A DNA stretch of 64,000 bases from a virus: positions 1 to 64,000 of the IMG/VR virus record IMGVR_UViG_3300048929_000741, one strand, 5' to 3'. A program made the translations under genes and the position numbers. The notes under the pieces were generated by a model. That model was not told the origin of the DNA, did no database searches, and was given only the letters and a program-made list of their open reading frames with translations. This document shows positions 39,988 to 50,161 of the stretch, piece after piece (position 1 is the stretch's first letter; each line of letters starts with the position of its first letter).

Positions 39988-41069
39988 GAATATTGATGGT
40001 TGGTGAGTTATAATGTACTCAAACACAAATGATGAGGGGGTTCTTATGGATAAGCGATATCAGGTATTTATAAGTTCTACATTTACCGATTTGAAAGAAG
40101 AAAGAAAGGCTATTATTGAAGGACTTTTAAATGCGAAGTATATACCTTCAGGGATGGAAATGTTCTCAGCTTCTAATGATGAGCAATTTAAGTACATAAA
40201 GAAAATTATTGATACTTGTGATTATTATGTTCTTATTGTGGGGGCAAGATATGGTTCGATTAATTCCACCACAGGTAAAAGTTTTACTGAACAGGAATAT
40301 GATTATGCTATTAAAAAGGGGATTCCAGTGTTAGCTTTTCTACATGATGATCCTTATAATCTTCCAGCTGAAAAACGAGAAGATGAAAAAAAAGAACTAT
40401 TAGAAAAATTTAGAAATAAGGTTTTAAATGCTGATCGGTTATGCAAGATGTGGCATTCGTCATCTGAGCTTACATCATTGGTTATAATAAGCCTTGTTGA
40501 AGAAGTAGCAGAAAATCCGCAGATGGGTTGGATAAGAGGTGATATTGCTGATACAACTGAATTGCTGTCTCAAATAAATATGTTAAGGAATAAAAATGAT
40601 GATTTAAAAAAAGAATATGATAACTTGAAAAAAGAATATGAGTTCTTAATAACTCCTGTAAATGATAATATTGCATCAGGAGATGATGTATTTGAAGTTA
40701 TTGGAGAAAAAGAAGCTTATTTGTATGATGATGATTCGTGGCTCGAGGAAACAAGAAAAGAATTTACTTGGAAGGAAATTTTTTCTGCAGTAGGTCCATA
40801 TTTGTTTGTACAACGAATATATGATGATTTCACATATTACTTGAGAGAATCATTAAATTCTGCGTATGATTTTAATTTTATAAAATTGAATGATAATTGC
40901 GTTCAAGTCATAAAAATTCAATTATGCGTTTTAGGTCTTATTGAGATAAATAATATGAAATTTAATGGAGCAGATGTAGAGGGAATTGTTATTACAGAAA
41001 GAGGTAAGACGTATTTATTAGAAATAAAAACAGTTAAGAAGTGACTTACACTACCAACCATCAATATTC
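39988..41069. repeat. Perfect 17-bp inverted-repeat pair bracketing the DUF4062 moron
   Basis: GAATATTGATGGTTGGT (39988-40004) vs ACCAACCATCAATATTC (41053-41069). Confidence 0.9.
40046..41044 (+). CDS. DUF4062 domain protein (moron)
   Basis: MDKRYQVFISSTFTDLKEER, GARYGS, FTEQEY. Confidence 0.88.
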   Translation: MDKRYQVFISSTFTDLKEERKAIIEGLLNAKYIPSGMEMFSASNDEQFKYIKKIIDTCDYYVLIVGARYGSINSTTGKSFTEQEYDYAIKKGIPVLAFLHDDPYNLPAEKREDEKKELLEKFRNKVLNADRLCKMWHSSSELTSLVIISLVEEVAENPQMGWIRGDIADTTELLSQINMLRNKNDDLKKEYDNLKKEYEFLITPVNDNIASGDDVFEVIGEKEAYLYDDDSWLEETRKEFTWKEIFSAVGPYLFVQRIYDDFTYYLRESLNSAYDFNFIKLNDNCVQVIKIQLCVLGLIEINNMKFNGADVEGIVITERGKTYLLEIKTVKK

Positions 41070-41089
41070 GGTGGTTGGTTTTTTGGCGA

Positions 41090-41653
41090 TTAAATAAGTT
41101 TATCACTTAGATTTCTAATGCTTCGATTAATTTGTTTTAATCCAGAGACTTCGTTTTTTATCTCTGGATCATTATGCAATGTATGATTTTTGAATGTTAA
41201 GTCAATTACATAATTTTCTGTATATGCTTTGCCACATGTTTCTTAACATATTTCTACCTCAAAAGAATCGAAGGTCAATTTTGATAGTTCAAAAGAAGAT
41301 TTAATATGTTGCTTAGGTGCTAAAAAGATATTTTTGAGTTGAGAAAAATTGAATTCTTTTAAATTTGGCTTACCTACACTTTCCCAACTTAACTCAGGGG
41401 AGAAATTAATATATTTTAATTTTGCAGGAGAATTACCAAAGTTTTTAAGTACTAAATATGACAATGCTTCTACGGCACTGTAGTCTAAATAAAAAACCAA
41501 TTGTCCTCTGTTTTGTTCAAAAAATTGATTTTGGATTTCTTTTAAGTTTTTATATGTATAGACTATGGCAATTATTGAACATATGGTGGCCGTGAAACTA
41601 AAAAGGATACCTATGGATTGCAAAAGCAAATCATAATGTTCGTATGGTGACAT
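41090..41653 (-). pseudogene. Single-TM moron gene with in-frame TAA at 41243-41245
   Basis: The frame continues for 50 codons (ETCGKAY...SDKLI) past the stop. Confidence 0.65.
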
Positions 41654-41731
41654 GATTTTTTCTCCTTTGTAAAGTATATATATGATTATAGCACAAGGTA
41701 TAATTTATTCAATAATAGAAGAGGTGATTTT

Positions 41732-41923
41732 ATGGATCTTGAAAAGGTAATGAATCCCCCTGAAGATGGGTTTGACGGGCAGGCAGATATAAAATTGGGC
41801 TGGATTATTTGCCCTTATTGCGCAAAAAAGCAATTCAAGGTTAATTCAGATACAAGGATTGAGAAAATGCCGCATAAGTGCAAGAATAGCAAGTGTCAAC
41901 GAGAGTTTATTGTAAATGTATAA
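41732..41923 (+). CDS. Zinc-ribbon (Com-like) protein
   Basis: CPYC...KCKNSKC directly before TerL. Confidence 0.65.
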   Translation: MDLEKVMNPPEDGFDGQADIKLGWIICPYCAKKQFKVNSDTRIEKMPHKCKNSKCQREFIVNV

Positions 41924-42006
41924 TTAAATTTAATCGTCTGATTTAAATATAGAGCCTTATGAGCCTTCAGACCTTTGTTAAACACAAGGGAAAGGAGGCT
42001 TTTTCT

Positions 42007-43722
42007 ATGGATTTCCATGGACACCGGGAAATAATCAAAAAATTAAAGCGGCAGATTGAAGCGCCGCCGTCTTACGACATTCTAAATATTCTACTATCAG
42101 AACTCCAATATACAATGCAAGATAATCCAGATCTGCCGGTTGAGGATAGGGACTTCATCATGGCCTATTCCGGGTTTATCAAAAAATGGGCTGTTACAAG
42201 ATTCGTTCAGACCATGGACACCAGATGGGATGATCTCTACTGGAAGACTTTACATTTTGAAGCTCCTTTCCTTTTTGAATCATTTTTGATTTATATGGAA
42301 AAAGATCGGAAGGCAGATAAACGGTTTTATCTCCCACGGCGCAACACGCTAAAAGTGGTTGCCGATGATCTTCAGGATCTAGAAGATAATAAACTTGACT
42401 TCTACGGTCTCTCAATGCCCTCTCGAGTCGGAAAGAGTACTATCTGTATTTTCTTCATGGCCTGGATTATTGGAAAGCGGCCAGACAGCCATAATGCCAT
42501 GGGCGGCCACTCCGGGAAGCTGGCAAAGGGTTTCTATGGTGAGGCCATAAATCTTATAAACACAAAGGAATATACCTTTGCGGAGATATTTCCAGATTCT
42601 AAGTTACAGAAGACAAGTGCAGAGGATTTTGAAATCAACCTGGGCGAGCCAGATCGCTTCGCCAGTCTTACATGTCGTGGTATTGATGGAACATGGACCG
42701 GAGCTGTTGATATATCTGCAGATGGCTATCTTTATGTAGATGACCTTATTCGTGACCGTGAGCATTCTTTGAACCCAATCCGTATGGAAAATACCTATCA
42801 AGAGTACCTAAACAAGATGGTTGACCGTAAAAATGATGGGGCCAGGGAACTAATGGTGGGGACCAGGTGGTCCATTTTAGATTGTTTGGGAAGAATCGAA
42901 AAAGAAAATTCTCATAACCCACGATATAGGTTTAGAAAAATACCAGCATTAAACGAAGATGATGAATCAAACTTTCAGTACGAAATAAAAGGATTTTCAA
43001 CAAAATATTATCGTGACATGAAGGATAGGCTAGACAAAAACGAATGGGAAGCAAAATACCAACAACGGCCATTTATTCGTGAAGGATTGTTGTTTCCAGA
43101 AGATGAACTTCGATTCTTTTATGGAATATTACCGGAGAGTGGGTTTATTCGTGTTGTGACGGCAGGTGATGTGGCATGGGGCGGCGGAGATAGTTTCTCC
43201 ATGCCTATTGGTTTTGAATATGAGAACGGTGATGTCTATATTGTAGACTGGGTATTTAACAAAGGGGTAAAAGAGATTACCATACCGATTGTTGAAGGAA
43301 AAATCGTAGGAAATAAAATTCAGCAGATAAATTTTGAAGCAAACAATGGTGGTGAGATGTACGCCAAATATGTGAATGATGATTTAATTCGTCAAGGATA
43401 TAAATGTTCTATAACATCAACTAAAGCCCCATCAACTATGGCAAAGCTGGCAAAAATTATTCAGTATTCTGGGGATATTAAGAGACGGTTTATTTTCCTG
43501 GCACCAAACTCCTTGATAAAAAGACATGCAGAGAATGATCTACCAGATATAAAGCGATATATGCGTACCAGGGAATACGATGATGCAATGGAAGAACTTA
43601 CGTTATTTGTTCAAATTGGCAAGAATGAGCATGATGACAGCCCGGACAGCTTGAGTCAGCTGGAAAGATTCTTAGAAGGTGGTTTTACTGCAGAAGTGAA
43701 ACCTATGAAACGACCATTTTAG
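42007..43722 (+). CDS. terL: Terminase large subunit
   Basis: SMPSRVGKST, LYVDD, GTRW, YQQRP, FEANNGG, EHDDSPDS. Confidence 0.92.
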   Translation: MDFHGHREIIKKLKRQIEAPPSYDILNILLSELQYTMQDNPDLPVEDRDFIMAYSGFIKKWAVTRFVQTMDTRWDDLYWKTLHFEAPFLFESFLIYMEKDRKADKRFYLPRRNTLKVVADDLQDLEDNKLDFYGLSMPSRVGKSTICIFFMAWIIGKRPDSHNAMGGHSGKLAKGFYGEAINLINTKEYTFAEIFPDSKLQKTSAEDFEINLGEPDRFASLTCRGIDGTWTGAVDISADGYLYVDDLIRDREHSLNPIRMENTYQEYLNKMVDRKNDGARELMVGTRWSILDCLGRIEKENSHNPRYRFRKIPALNEDDESNFQYEIKGFSTKYYRDMKDRLDKNEWEAKYQQRPFIREGLLFPEDELRFFYGILPESGFIRVVTAGDVAWGGGDSFSMPIGFEYENGDVYIVDWVFNKGVKEITIPIVEGKIVGNKIQQINFEANNGGEMYAKYVNDDLIRQGYKCSITSTKAPSTMAKLAKIIQYSGDIKRRFIFLAPNSLIKRHAENDLPDIKRYMRTREYDDAMEELTLFVQIGKNEHDDSPDSLSQLERFLEGGFTAEVKPMKRPF

Positions 43723-43733
43723 GAGGGAATAAA

Positions 43734-44483
43734 ATGTCACGATATTTGAAAAATCCGATAAAAGAAAATCGAAGACTTTGGAACATATATCATGGAATGA
43801 AAAAGAGATGCCTCTCTCCCAACTGTGATAGATATAAGGATTATGGTGGAAGAGGAATTACTATATGCCATGATTGGCTTTTAAGCTTTGATAATTTTGC
43901 GGATTGGGCAAAAGAAAACGGTTACTTTGAGGGTCTCACAATTGAAAGAAAAAACGTAGATGGAAATTATGACCCTGAAAATTGTAAGTGGATTACTTTG
44001 AAGCAACAGGCAAGAAATAAGAGAGAGACGATAAAGGTGAAATATCGGGGGAAAGAGAAACCTTTAATTGAATGGTGTGAAGAACTAGGTTTAGAATATG
44101 ATACCATGCACGACAGAATAATTAATCGAGGTTGGAATATAGATAAGGCATTTACAACACCCTCACAACAAGAAAATTCATTTCTAAGCCGGTGTAAGAC
44201 ACATGGTATGAATCCTGCAACAGTTCATGATAGGGTTTATAAGTTTGGCTGGCCCTTGGAAAAAGCGTTGTCTACTCCATGTTTGGGCAGAGGTGCAAAT
44301 TCAAAATCATATAATCCGGAGCAGTTTGGATATGCAAATTGCATAGTTTGTGGATCAAATTTTTTGCGTAACAGCGGTAAGCAGATATATTGCGGAGAAC
44401 GCTGCAGAAACATAACTAAGCGTACCAGCTTCAAAAGAACAGGTTTGATATATGACGGGCGAACAAGTAGGGGAATGAAATAA
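43734..44483 (+). CDS. HNH homing-endonuclease-like protein
   Basis: MKKRC...YGGRGITIC, LTIERKNVDGNYDPENCKW...QARNKR. Confidence 0.85.
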   Translation: MSRYLKNPIKENRRLWNIYHGMKKRCLSPNCDRYKDYGGRGITICHDWLLSFDNFADWAKENGYFEGLTIERKNVDGNYDPENCKWITLKQQARNKRETIKVKYRGKEKPLIEWCEELGLEYDTMHDRIINRGWNIDKAFTTPSQQENSFLSRCKTHGMNPATVHDRVYKFGWPLEKALSTPCLGRGANSKSYNPEQFGYANCIVCGSNFLRNSGKQIYCGERCRNITKRTSFKRTGLIYDGRTSRGMK

Positions 44484-44507
44484 ATCTATAGAATGGAGGA
44501 TTTGATT

Positions 44508-44945
44508 ATGAAATTAACGAGGGAATATTTGGCTACTTATACATACCTGGAATCTGAAATTAAGCGTCTCAGGCGCAGAATAAAATACTATGAAAATAAT
44601 CCATTGACTTCTGAATATGGAATTGTGAAAGGATCTCTGAAGCAGTTCCCATTTACAGAATGCCATTTTGTGGTTTCCGGTGCAAGTGTAAAATCAAATG
44701 AGGAAAGAGAAAAGATGGTACGGCAGCTCCTGATTGATTTAAAAGGAAATGAGCAGCTGTTTGAGGACATGAAACTTGAAATAGAATGTTTTCTTGAAAA
44801 GTTACCTGTAGAGGAAGTTGAAATAAAGCATATTCTGGCTATGAAATATATTGAAAGAATTTCTGAAAATGATATAGCAAATGAACTAGGATATGAGAGA
44901 AGGACTATTGGGAAAAAAATAGATAGATTTTTACCTAAACAATGA
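44508..44945 (+). CDS. RinA-like late transcriptional regulator
   Basis: C-terminal HTH DIANELGYERRTIGKKIDRFL. Confidence 0.7.
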   Translation: MKLTREYLATYTYLESEIKRLRRRIKYYENNPLTSEYGIVKGSLKQFPFTECHFVVSGASVKSNEEREKMVRQLLIDLKGNEQLFEDMKLEIECFLEKLPVEEVEIKHILAMKYIERISENDIANELGYERRTIGKKIDRFLPKQ

Positions 44946-45215
44946 AATATATGATGATTATGGTAAAGTATATTTGCTGCAAAATTGAAATATATGCTAG
45001 AAAATAGTCATTTTGGAAAAACAAAAAACGATTTAATTACTAGATTATCCTTTTGAATTATAAAAAGCGCTAAACCAAGACCAAGCGTTTGCTATTGCTT
45101 AAATTAGGTAGTAATATGACATTTAAGAGAAATGTGCGGGAAGTTTAGATATATATCAGATCTTTATCTTCAAGTCTTTTAATAAATATTGTATAGCCAC
45201 ACACAATTAGTTTTT

Positions 45216-45259
45216 AGATGCAGAGGGGAGAGATTAAATAATGTCTCCCCTCTGCATCT
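45216..45259. terminator. Strong hairpin terminator ending the rSAM-peptide operon
   Basis: AGATGCAGAGGGGAGA...TCTCCCCTCTGCATCT. Confidence 0.8.
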
Positions 45260-45275
45260 TCTTGTTTTAGAAAAT

Positions 45276-45470
45276 TTAAAGCACTGTAATTAAGTTACTG
45301 TTGCTCATCCTAGCATCAAGAATTATTTTGGAGTCGTCAAATTTACGTATCATTTCTTCATCTAATTCAACTCCATTTTCTTCTAAAAATCTCATGACGG
45401 AAGCTTTATATTTAAATCGTGCGACTTCGTCATTAATAAGTGTTTCTTTTAATTCATTAATATTTGCCAC
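45276..45470 (-). CDS. 64-aa putative RiPP precursor peptide
   Basis: Strong RBS AAAGGAGGTG plus GTG; directly after the radical SAM gene; charged leader-like body, tail SNSNLITVL. Confidence 0.6.
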   Translation of the reverse strand: MANINELKETLINDEVARFKYKASVMRFLEENGVELDEEMIRKFDDSKIILDARMSNSNLITVL

Positions 45471-45514
45471 GTTTAATCACCTCCTTTCTGCATTCACTAA
45501 TGGGTATGTTTTAT

Positions 45515-46540
45515 TTAACTAGAGAGATTATTCTCTAAATTATACATTTCTATCTTTTTCCACCAGTTATCTAAATCAGATGTTAGGTAATCGATTTCCA
45601 TTTTATTATAAATCTCATCAAGGCGTTTCATTAATGATTCGTTAGAATGAATAAAGGTGCATATTTGACAAATTGTATCAATTTCAGAAAAATTGATTAA
45701 TTCCTTAAACAGACTTTGATCTTCTTCTTTTATTAATTCGTATAGTTTTCCAAATCCAATGTCTTTAGCTATGCGTAAATGAAAACTAAAATAGAGATTA
45801 GATATTATTTTATTTATTTCATCTTTATATACGTTTCCGCAACTTAGTTTAGCATCTTTACTAAAACCACCAGCGCAACAAGGATATACTTCACCATCTG
45901 GATAAATTGATAAACTATAAAAAAAAGGCTGACCACATGTGCTCTTTTTCTTTACAATATAACTATATCTTTTTTTTTGGTGAAAGAATTCCGCAGCCCT
46001 ACCTGTGGGCATTACGAGATTGTTTCTTTCTATAACACTTTTATTAAGTTTTATTAAATCATCTAAAGTTTCATTTTCATTCCAGAAAGTTCCTGATACT
46101 TCAATTTTAATTCCATTTTTTTGTGCGTATTTAACAATTCTTAATATTGATTTTACCGATACGTACTTAGCATGTTCATAATCATAAGAGAGGCTTATTT
46201 CATCTATTCCTAGTAATTTTAGAATATTTAATACATATTCCACCTTATCATCTTCAGTGGCCCAGAAGCCAGAAGTTACAATTCTAAAAGGTTGTGTCAC
46301 ATTATTCTCTCGAATTATTTTAAGTGCTTTAATTATATCGTCAATATACAGAAATGGTTCACCACCAGTTATAACAAATCTTTCTACTTCTTGAAAATTA
46401 GAAAATTTAATAACAAGTTCAATCAAATTTTGGGTAGTAAACTCATTCTCTCCTATCACAGATTTAGGATTACCACAGAAATTGCATTTTAATGGGCATC
46501 TATATGTGTAGTTAAATCCAACTAAGATATGATTTTTCAT
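45515..46540 (-). CDS. Radical SAM/twitch protein, YydG (EpeE) peptide-epimerase-like
   Basis: RCPLKCNFC, TGGE, TSGFW, LSYDYEH, TGRA, DGEVYPCC, TICQIC. Confidence 0.75.
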   Translation of the reverse strand: MKNHILVGFNYTYRCPLKCNFCGNPKSVIGENEFTTQNLIELVIKFSNFQEVERFVITGGEPFLYIDDIIKALKIIRENNVTQPFRIVTSGFWATEDDKVEYVLNILKLLGIDEISLSYDYEHAKYVSVKSILRIVKYAQKNGIKIEVSGTFWNENETLDDLIKLNKSVIERNNLVMPTGRAAEFFHQKKRYSYIVKKKSTCGQPFFYSLSIYPDGEVYPCCAGGFSKDAKLSCGNVYKDEINKIISNLYFSFHLRIAKDIGFGKLYELIKEEDQSLFKELINFSEIDTICQICTFIHSNESLMKRLDEIYNKMEIDYLTSDLDNWWKKIEMYNLENNLSS

Positions 46541-46793
46541 TAAACCCTGTTCCTTTCAATTTGCTATGCTACAAGTCTTCAAATATAATATTAGGTAGAA
46601 TTATTATTATAATTCCCATTTGAAATTGTTATATACAATTTAAGTAACTATTAATTGTATATCGTTTTAATGATATGGTTTCAACATTCCCACATTTCCC
46701 ATATATAATATGGTAAAATGATATTATGGTATAGAATGAAAAGAAAGCGTTATCGTTTAGATGGCGCTTTTTTGTATGTCTGGAGGTGAGAGA

Positions 46794-47192
46794 TTGGCAT
46801 TTGAAAGCTGGCTATTAAAAATAAATGGAACAGTGTTTCCAAATGAATTAATTGCACTGGAATCATATAAGTGTACGCCGGATCAGATAATGGACATGGA
46901 TCCCTACCGAGATGGGAACGGAGAACTTCATCGTAATGCCTTACCCCATACCGCAACCTCCATGGAATTTTCCACCACATATTTGCGATTAATGGACGTA
47001 GATAGGCTGAATGTATTTGTCCCACACGGGAACAGAGTTAAATGTCAAATTGAATATTGGAATCCAAACACGTCCTCGTATAAATCGGGGGCGTTTTATA
47101 TTTCAGATATTCCCTATGAGATCGTGAACGTTGATGAGAAGAAAAAAGACATACTCTACAAGCCGATTAAGATAACAATAACTGAGTATTAA
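46794..47192 (+). CDS. Distal tail protein (DUF6711-like)
   Basis: DMDPYRDGNGELHR, YWNP, ITITEY; precedes the tail-tip gene. Confidence 0.7.
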   Translation: MAFESWLLKINGTVFPNELIALESYKCTPDQIMDMDPYRDGNGELHRNALPHTATSMEFSTTYLRLMDVDRLNVFVPHGNRVKCQIEYWNPNTSSYKSGAFYISDIPYEIVNVDEKKKDILYKPIKITITEY

Positions 47193-47204
47193 GGAGGTTG
47201 TGAA

Positions 47205-49181
47205 GTGCTGAATATTCCAGAAGAAATAAAAGAATTGTTTCGGGCAGATAACTTAAGTTCTGCTACTCAGCGACATATAAAATTGCGGTTCTTTGATGAA
47301 GGGATAAAGATGATTTATCCGGAAGATACCCTGTTCCCTAGCGACGATTTATTTCCGGTCGACCAGGAACCAGTATATGTCATTGATAATAGCCAGATAA
47401 TTTCTGAATCTATGACAATAACAGAGAGCTTATGCTCAAGCCAGAATTTAACCTTTGGCGAATGTTGTGCTTCCATGTTTGAAGTTACGGTTGCTGATGT
47501 ATTGATGGATCTGACCGGGAAAGAATTTATGGCCACTGTTGAGATCGGCGGCTATGAAATGGCATTGGGGATTTATAGAGTGGAAAGCTTTGTCCGGGAA
47601 CAAGCTGATAGGCGGCGCAAGAAGATAACGGCTTATGACCGTATGCTGAATTTTGATATTGATGTTGCTGACTGGTACCAAGGATTGACCTTCCCATTAA
47701 CATTGAAGCAGTTTAGAGATTCTCTCTGCAGCTATGTGGGTGTTACGCAGGTCATGGCAGAATTGCCCCTGGACAATATGCAGCTGACAAAAACTATTGA
47801 ACCTGAGCAGTTAGACGGACGTAAGGTTTTAATGGCTATCTGTGAGATAAATGGCTGTTTTGGAAACATTGATAAGACCGGCCGGCTTACATATAAGTTT
47901 CTTGGGACTTCCGGATTATTTCCATCGGAAACCTTATACCCTGATGATGAATTATTTCCAGCGGAAATGACTAATGCGGAAACATTGTCTTATTACAAGC
48001 AATCGGAAACGCATTATGAAGATTACGTGGTGAGTCCTATTGACAAAGTGCAGATCAGGCAGGAGGAAGGTGACGTTGGTGCTTCCTACGGTCCAGGAAG
48101 TAATTGCTATGTTATTCAGGGCAATTACCTGGTATATGGCAAATCGGGGCAGGAGCTTCTTACGATAGCAGCTACTTTGTATGGACAAATTTCAGGGAGA
48201 CTGTACAGGCCATGTCAAATCGTTGGCCCGGCGTTGCCCTGGGTGGAAGTTGGAGACGGTATTATCTGCTATACTACAGATGATGTGATTGAGACCTACT
48301 GTCTTGAGCGTACTTTAAAAGGCATACAGGGTATGACGGATACTTATGTTGCGAAAGGCAATGTTGAACAGGAACAAAGCTTTGGGCTTGGGGATCAGAT
48401 TATCCAGTTGGAGGGAAAGACAGCTGTCATTAAGAAATCTGTGGAAGAAGTCTCTATCCGGGTAACAGATTTGAAAGAAGAAACGGAAGCGCAGTTTAAG
48501 GTGACAGCCGAGCAGATCCTCCAGGAAGTGACCAGGGCGCAGCAGGCAGAAGCATCTTTAAAGATTAGAGCGGATGAAATTGACGCTACAGTGAAAGACT
48601 TTAAAGAGGATACAAACGCACAGTTTAAGATAACAGCTAATCAGATATTACAGAAGGTAAGCAAAGGTGAGGTTTCTTCACAGCTTTCAGTTGAAAGTGA
48701 TAAGGTGACGATATCCGGCAACAGGCTTATTGTAAACAGTACAAACTTTCAACTCGACGGTGACGGTAATGCTACTTTCAGCGGAAGAGTAGTTGGTGGA
48801 TCTATAAACATAGGAGCAAATTTGTTCGTGGCAAATAATTCGGTTGTGCGATTAGGAGACTATCAGGTAAGTGCTAATGGAACCGGGACTCTCATGTCTG
48901 CTAACGGGTATGTAAATATTACAGATATTGTTACAAGTGGACCGTCCGGAGAGCTGGCACGAATGACAATTGGAAGTGACCTTATGCGTGAAGCTATTGA
49001 ACTTAAAGGGACTGGTGATATTAAAACTGCAAGAATTTATTGTCGGCAGGATTATTATTTTGAAGGCGATGATTGGGCTGGATCGTGGGGAGTTTTGAGA
49101 ATGTTAAAACAGGTATATAACAGATTAGATGCAATAAGGTATTCAATTCAAAATATAGGAGGAAATGTTGACTGGGATTAG
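47205..49181 (+). CDS. Tail tip/baseplate hub protein
   Basis: ESLCS...FGEC, ITAYD, ICEINGCFG, coiled coil and beta-rich C-terminus. Confidence 0.8.
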   Translation: MLNIPEEIKELFRADNLSSATQRHIKLRFFDEGIKMIYPEDTLFPSDDLFPVDQEPVYVIDNSQIISESMTITESLCSSQNLTFGECCASMFEVTVADVLMDLTGKEFMATVEIGGYEMALGIYRVESFVREQADRRRKKITAYDRMLNFDIDVADWYQGLTFPLTLKQFRDSLCSYVGVTQVMAELPLDNMQLTKTIEPEQLDGRKVLMAICEINGCFGNIDKTGRLTYKFLGTSGLFPSETLYPDDELFPAEMTNAETLSYYKQSETHYEDYVVSPIDKVQIRQEEGDVGASYGPGSNCYVIQGNYLVYGKSGQELLTIAATLYGQISGRLYRPCQIVGPALPWVEVGDGIICYTTDDVIETYCLERTLKGIQGMTDTYVAKGNVEQEQSFGLGDQIIQLEGKTAVIKKSVEEVSIRVTDLKEETEAQFKVTAEQILQEVTRAQQAEASLKIRADEIDATVKDFKEDTNAQFKITANQILQKVSKGEVSSQLSVESDKVTISGNRLIVNSTNFQLDGDGNATFSGRVVGGSINIGANLFVANNSVVRLGDYQVSANGTGTLMSANGYVNITDIVTSGPSGELARMTIGSDLMREAIELKGTGDIKTARIYCRQDYYFEGDDWAGSWGVLRMLKQVYNRLDAIRYSIQNIGGNVDWD

Positions 49182-49254
49182 TATATTGGTACAAGCTATT
49201 TACACCACACACAAATAATGGTACTATTTACTTATAATTATTTGGAGGTGCGGA

Positions 49255-49671
49255 ATGAAAAAGATTGTAACCGTTTTACTAACTCTTTCAATAATGTTAA
49301 TTATGCCAAGTAGCGTGTTTGCACAAAATGCAGCATCTATTCCATGGACAGACAGTATTCGCGATATGCCATTCAGTTCAAGGACTGATAGCAATGGACA
49401 GGAGAGATGGGTATACTATAAGCAAGATGGAAGCCTTGCCCAGAGCCAATGGGTTCAAAACCACAAATATGACTGGTATTATTGTGACGAAGACGGATTT
49501 TTACTGAAAAGCACCTGGTTTCATGATCCGGCAGATGGTAAGTATTATTATCTTGGAGATGACTGGGCAATGATCCATGACACCACAACCCCAGACGGCT
49601 ATACTGTAGGATCAGATGGAGCCTGGGTAAAAGACGGACAGGTGGTAGTTGAAACAGTGACCAATAATTAA
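49255..49671 (+). CDS. Secreted cell-wall-binding repeat protein (moron in the tail region)
   Basis: Signal peptide; WYY/YYY repeats, TTTPDGYTVGSDGAW. Confidence 0.75.
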   Translation: MKKIVTVLLTLSIMLIMPSSVFAQNAASIPWTDSIRDMPFSSRTDSNGQERWVYYKQDGSLAQSQWVQNHKYDWYYCDEDGFLLKSTWFHDPADGKYYYLGDDWAMIHDTTTPDGYTVGSDGAWVKDGQVVVETVTNN

Positions 49672-49918
49672 ATAGTATTATTACTAGGAGTAGGGAAAAT
49701 TTCCTGCTCCTTTTGTTATACCAATTTCTAATATCTAACATTGCTATATATTGGTATGGTTTTGTATGGTGTTGTATCATTTGGTATATTTTCTTGGTTC
49801 TATAACTTAGTCTTATAATACACTTATAGTCTTGATTTTAGGCTGTTTACAAAGGTTTTTAGGAGTGATACGATATGTCTAACAAATATAAATTTTTAGA
49901 AGAATGAGGAGGATATAT

Positions 49919-50161
49919 ATGTACGAATACATATTTAAAGCAGGAAGTGAAGCAACTATTGACACATCTGCGTTTTGTAAGGACTTTAAAGAAATAAAAC
50001 ATGAAAATATTAATGTGGCCCCGAATTGTACCTGTATGCGTTCTACGTATCCAAATGGCTTTATTATGGATATGGAAGAATATGCAGATAAAATTGTATT
50101 AAAAACCAACCGTGAGTTAATTGATAATGGAAATGGAACTCTTAGTGTATCTGAAAAGTAA
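49919..50161 (+). CDS. Hypothetical protein
   Basis: RBS GAGGAGG. Confidence 0.6.
   Translation: MYEYIFKAGSEATIDTSAFCKDFKEIKHENINVAPNCTCMRSTYPNGFIMDMEEYADKIVLKTNRELIDNGNGTLSVSEK

Noticed and set aside
22029-41245. Stop-codon recoding suggested by two in-frame TAA codons
   Set aside because: TAA terminates most genes normally; simple nonsense decay fits better
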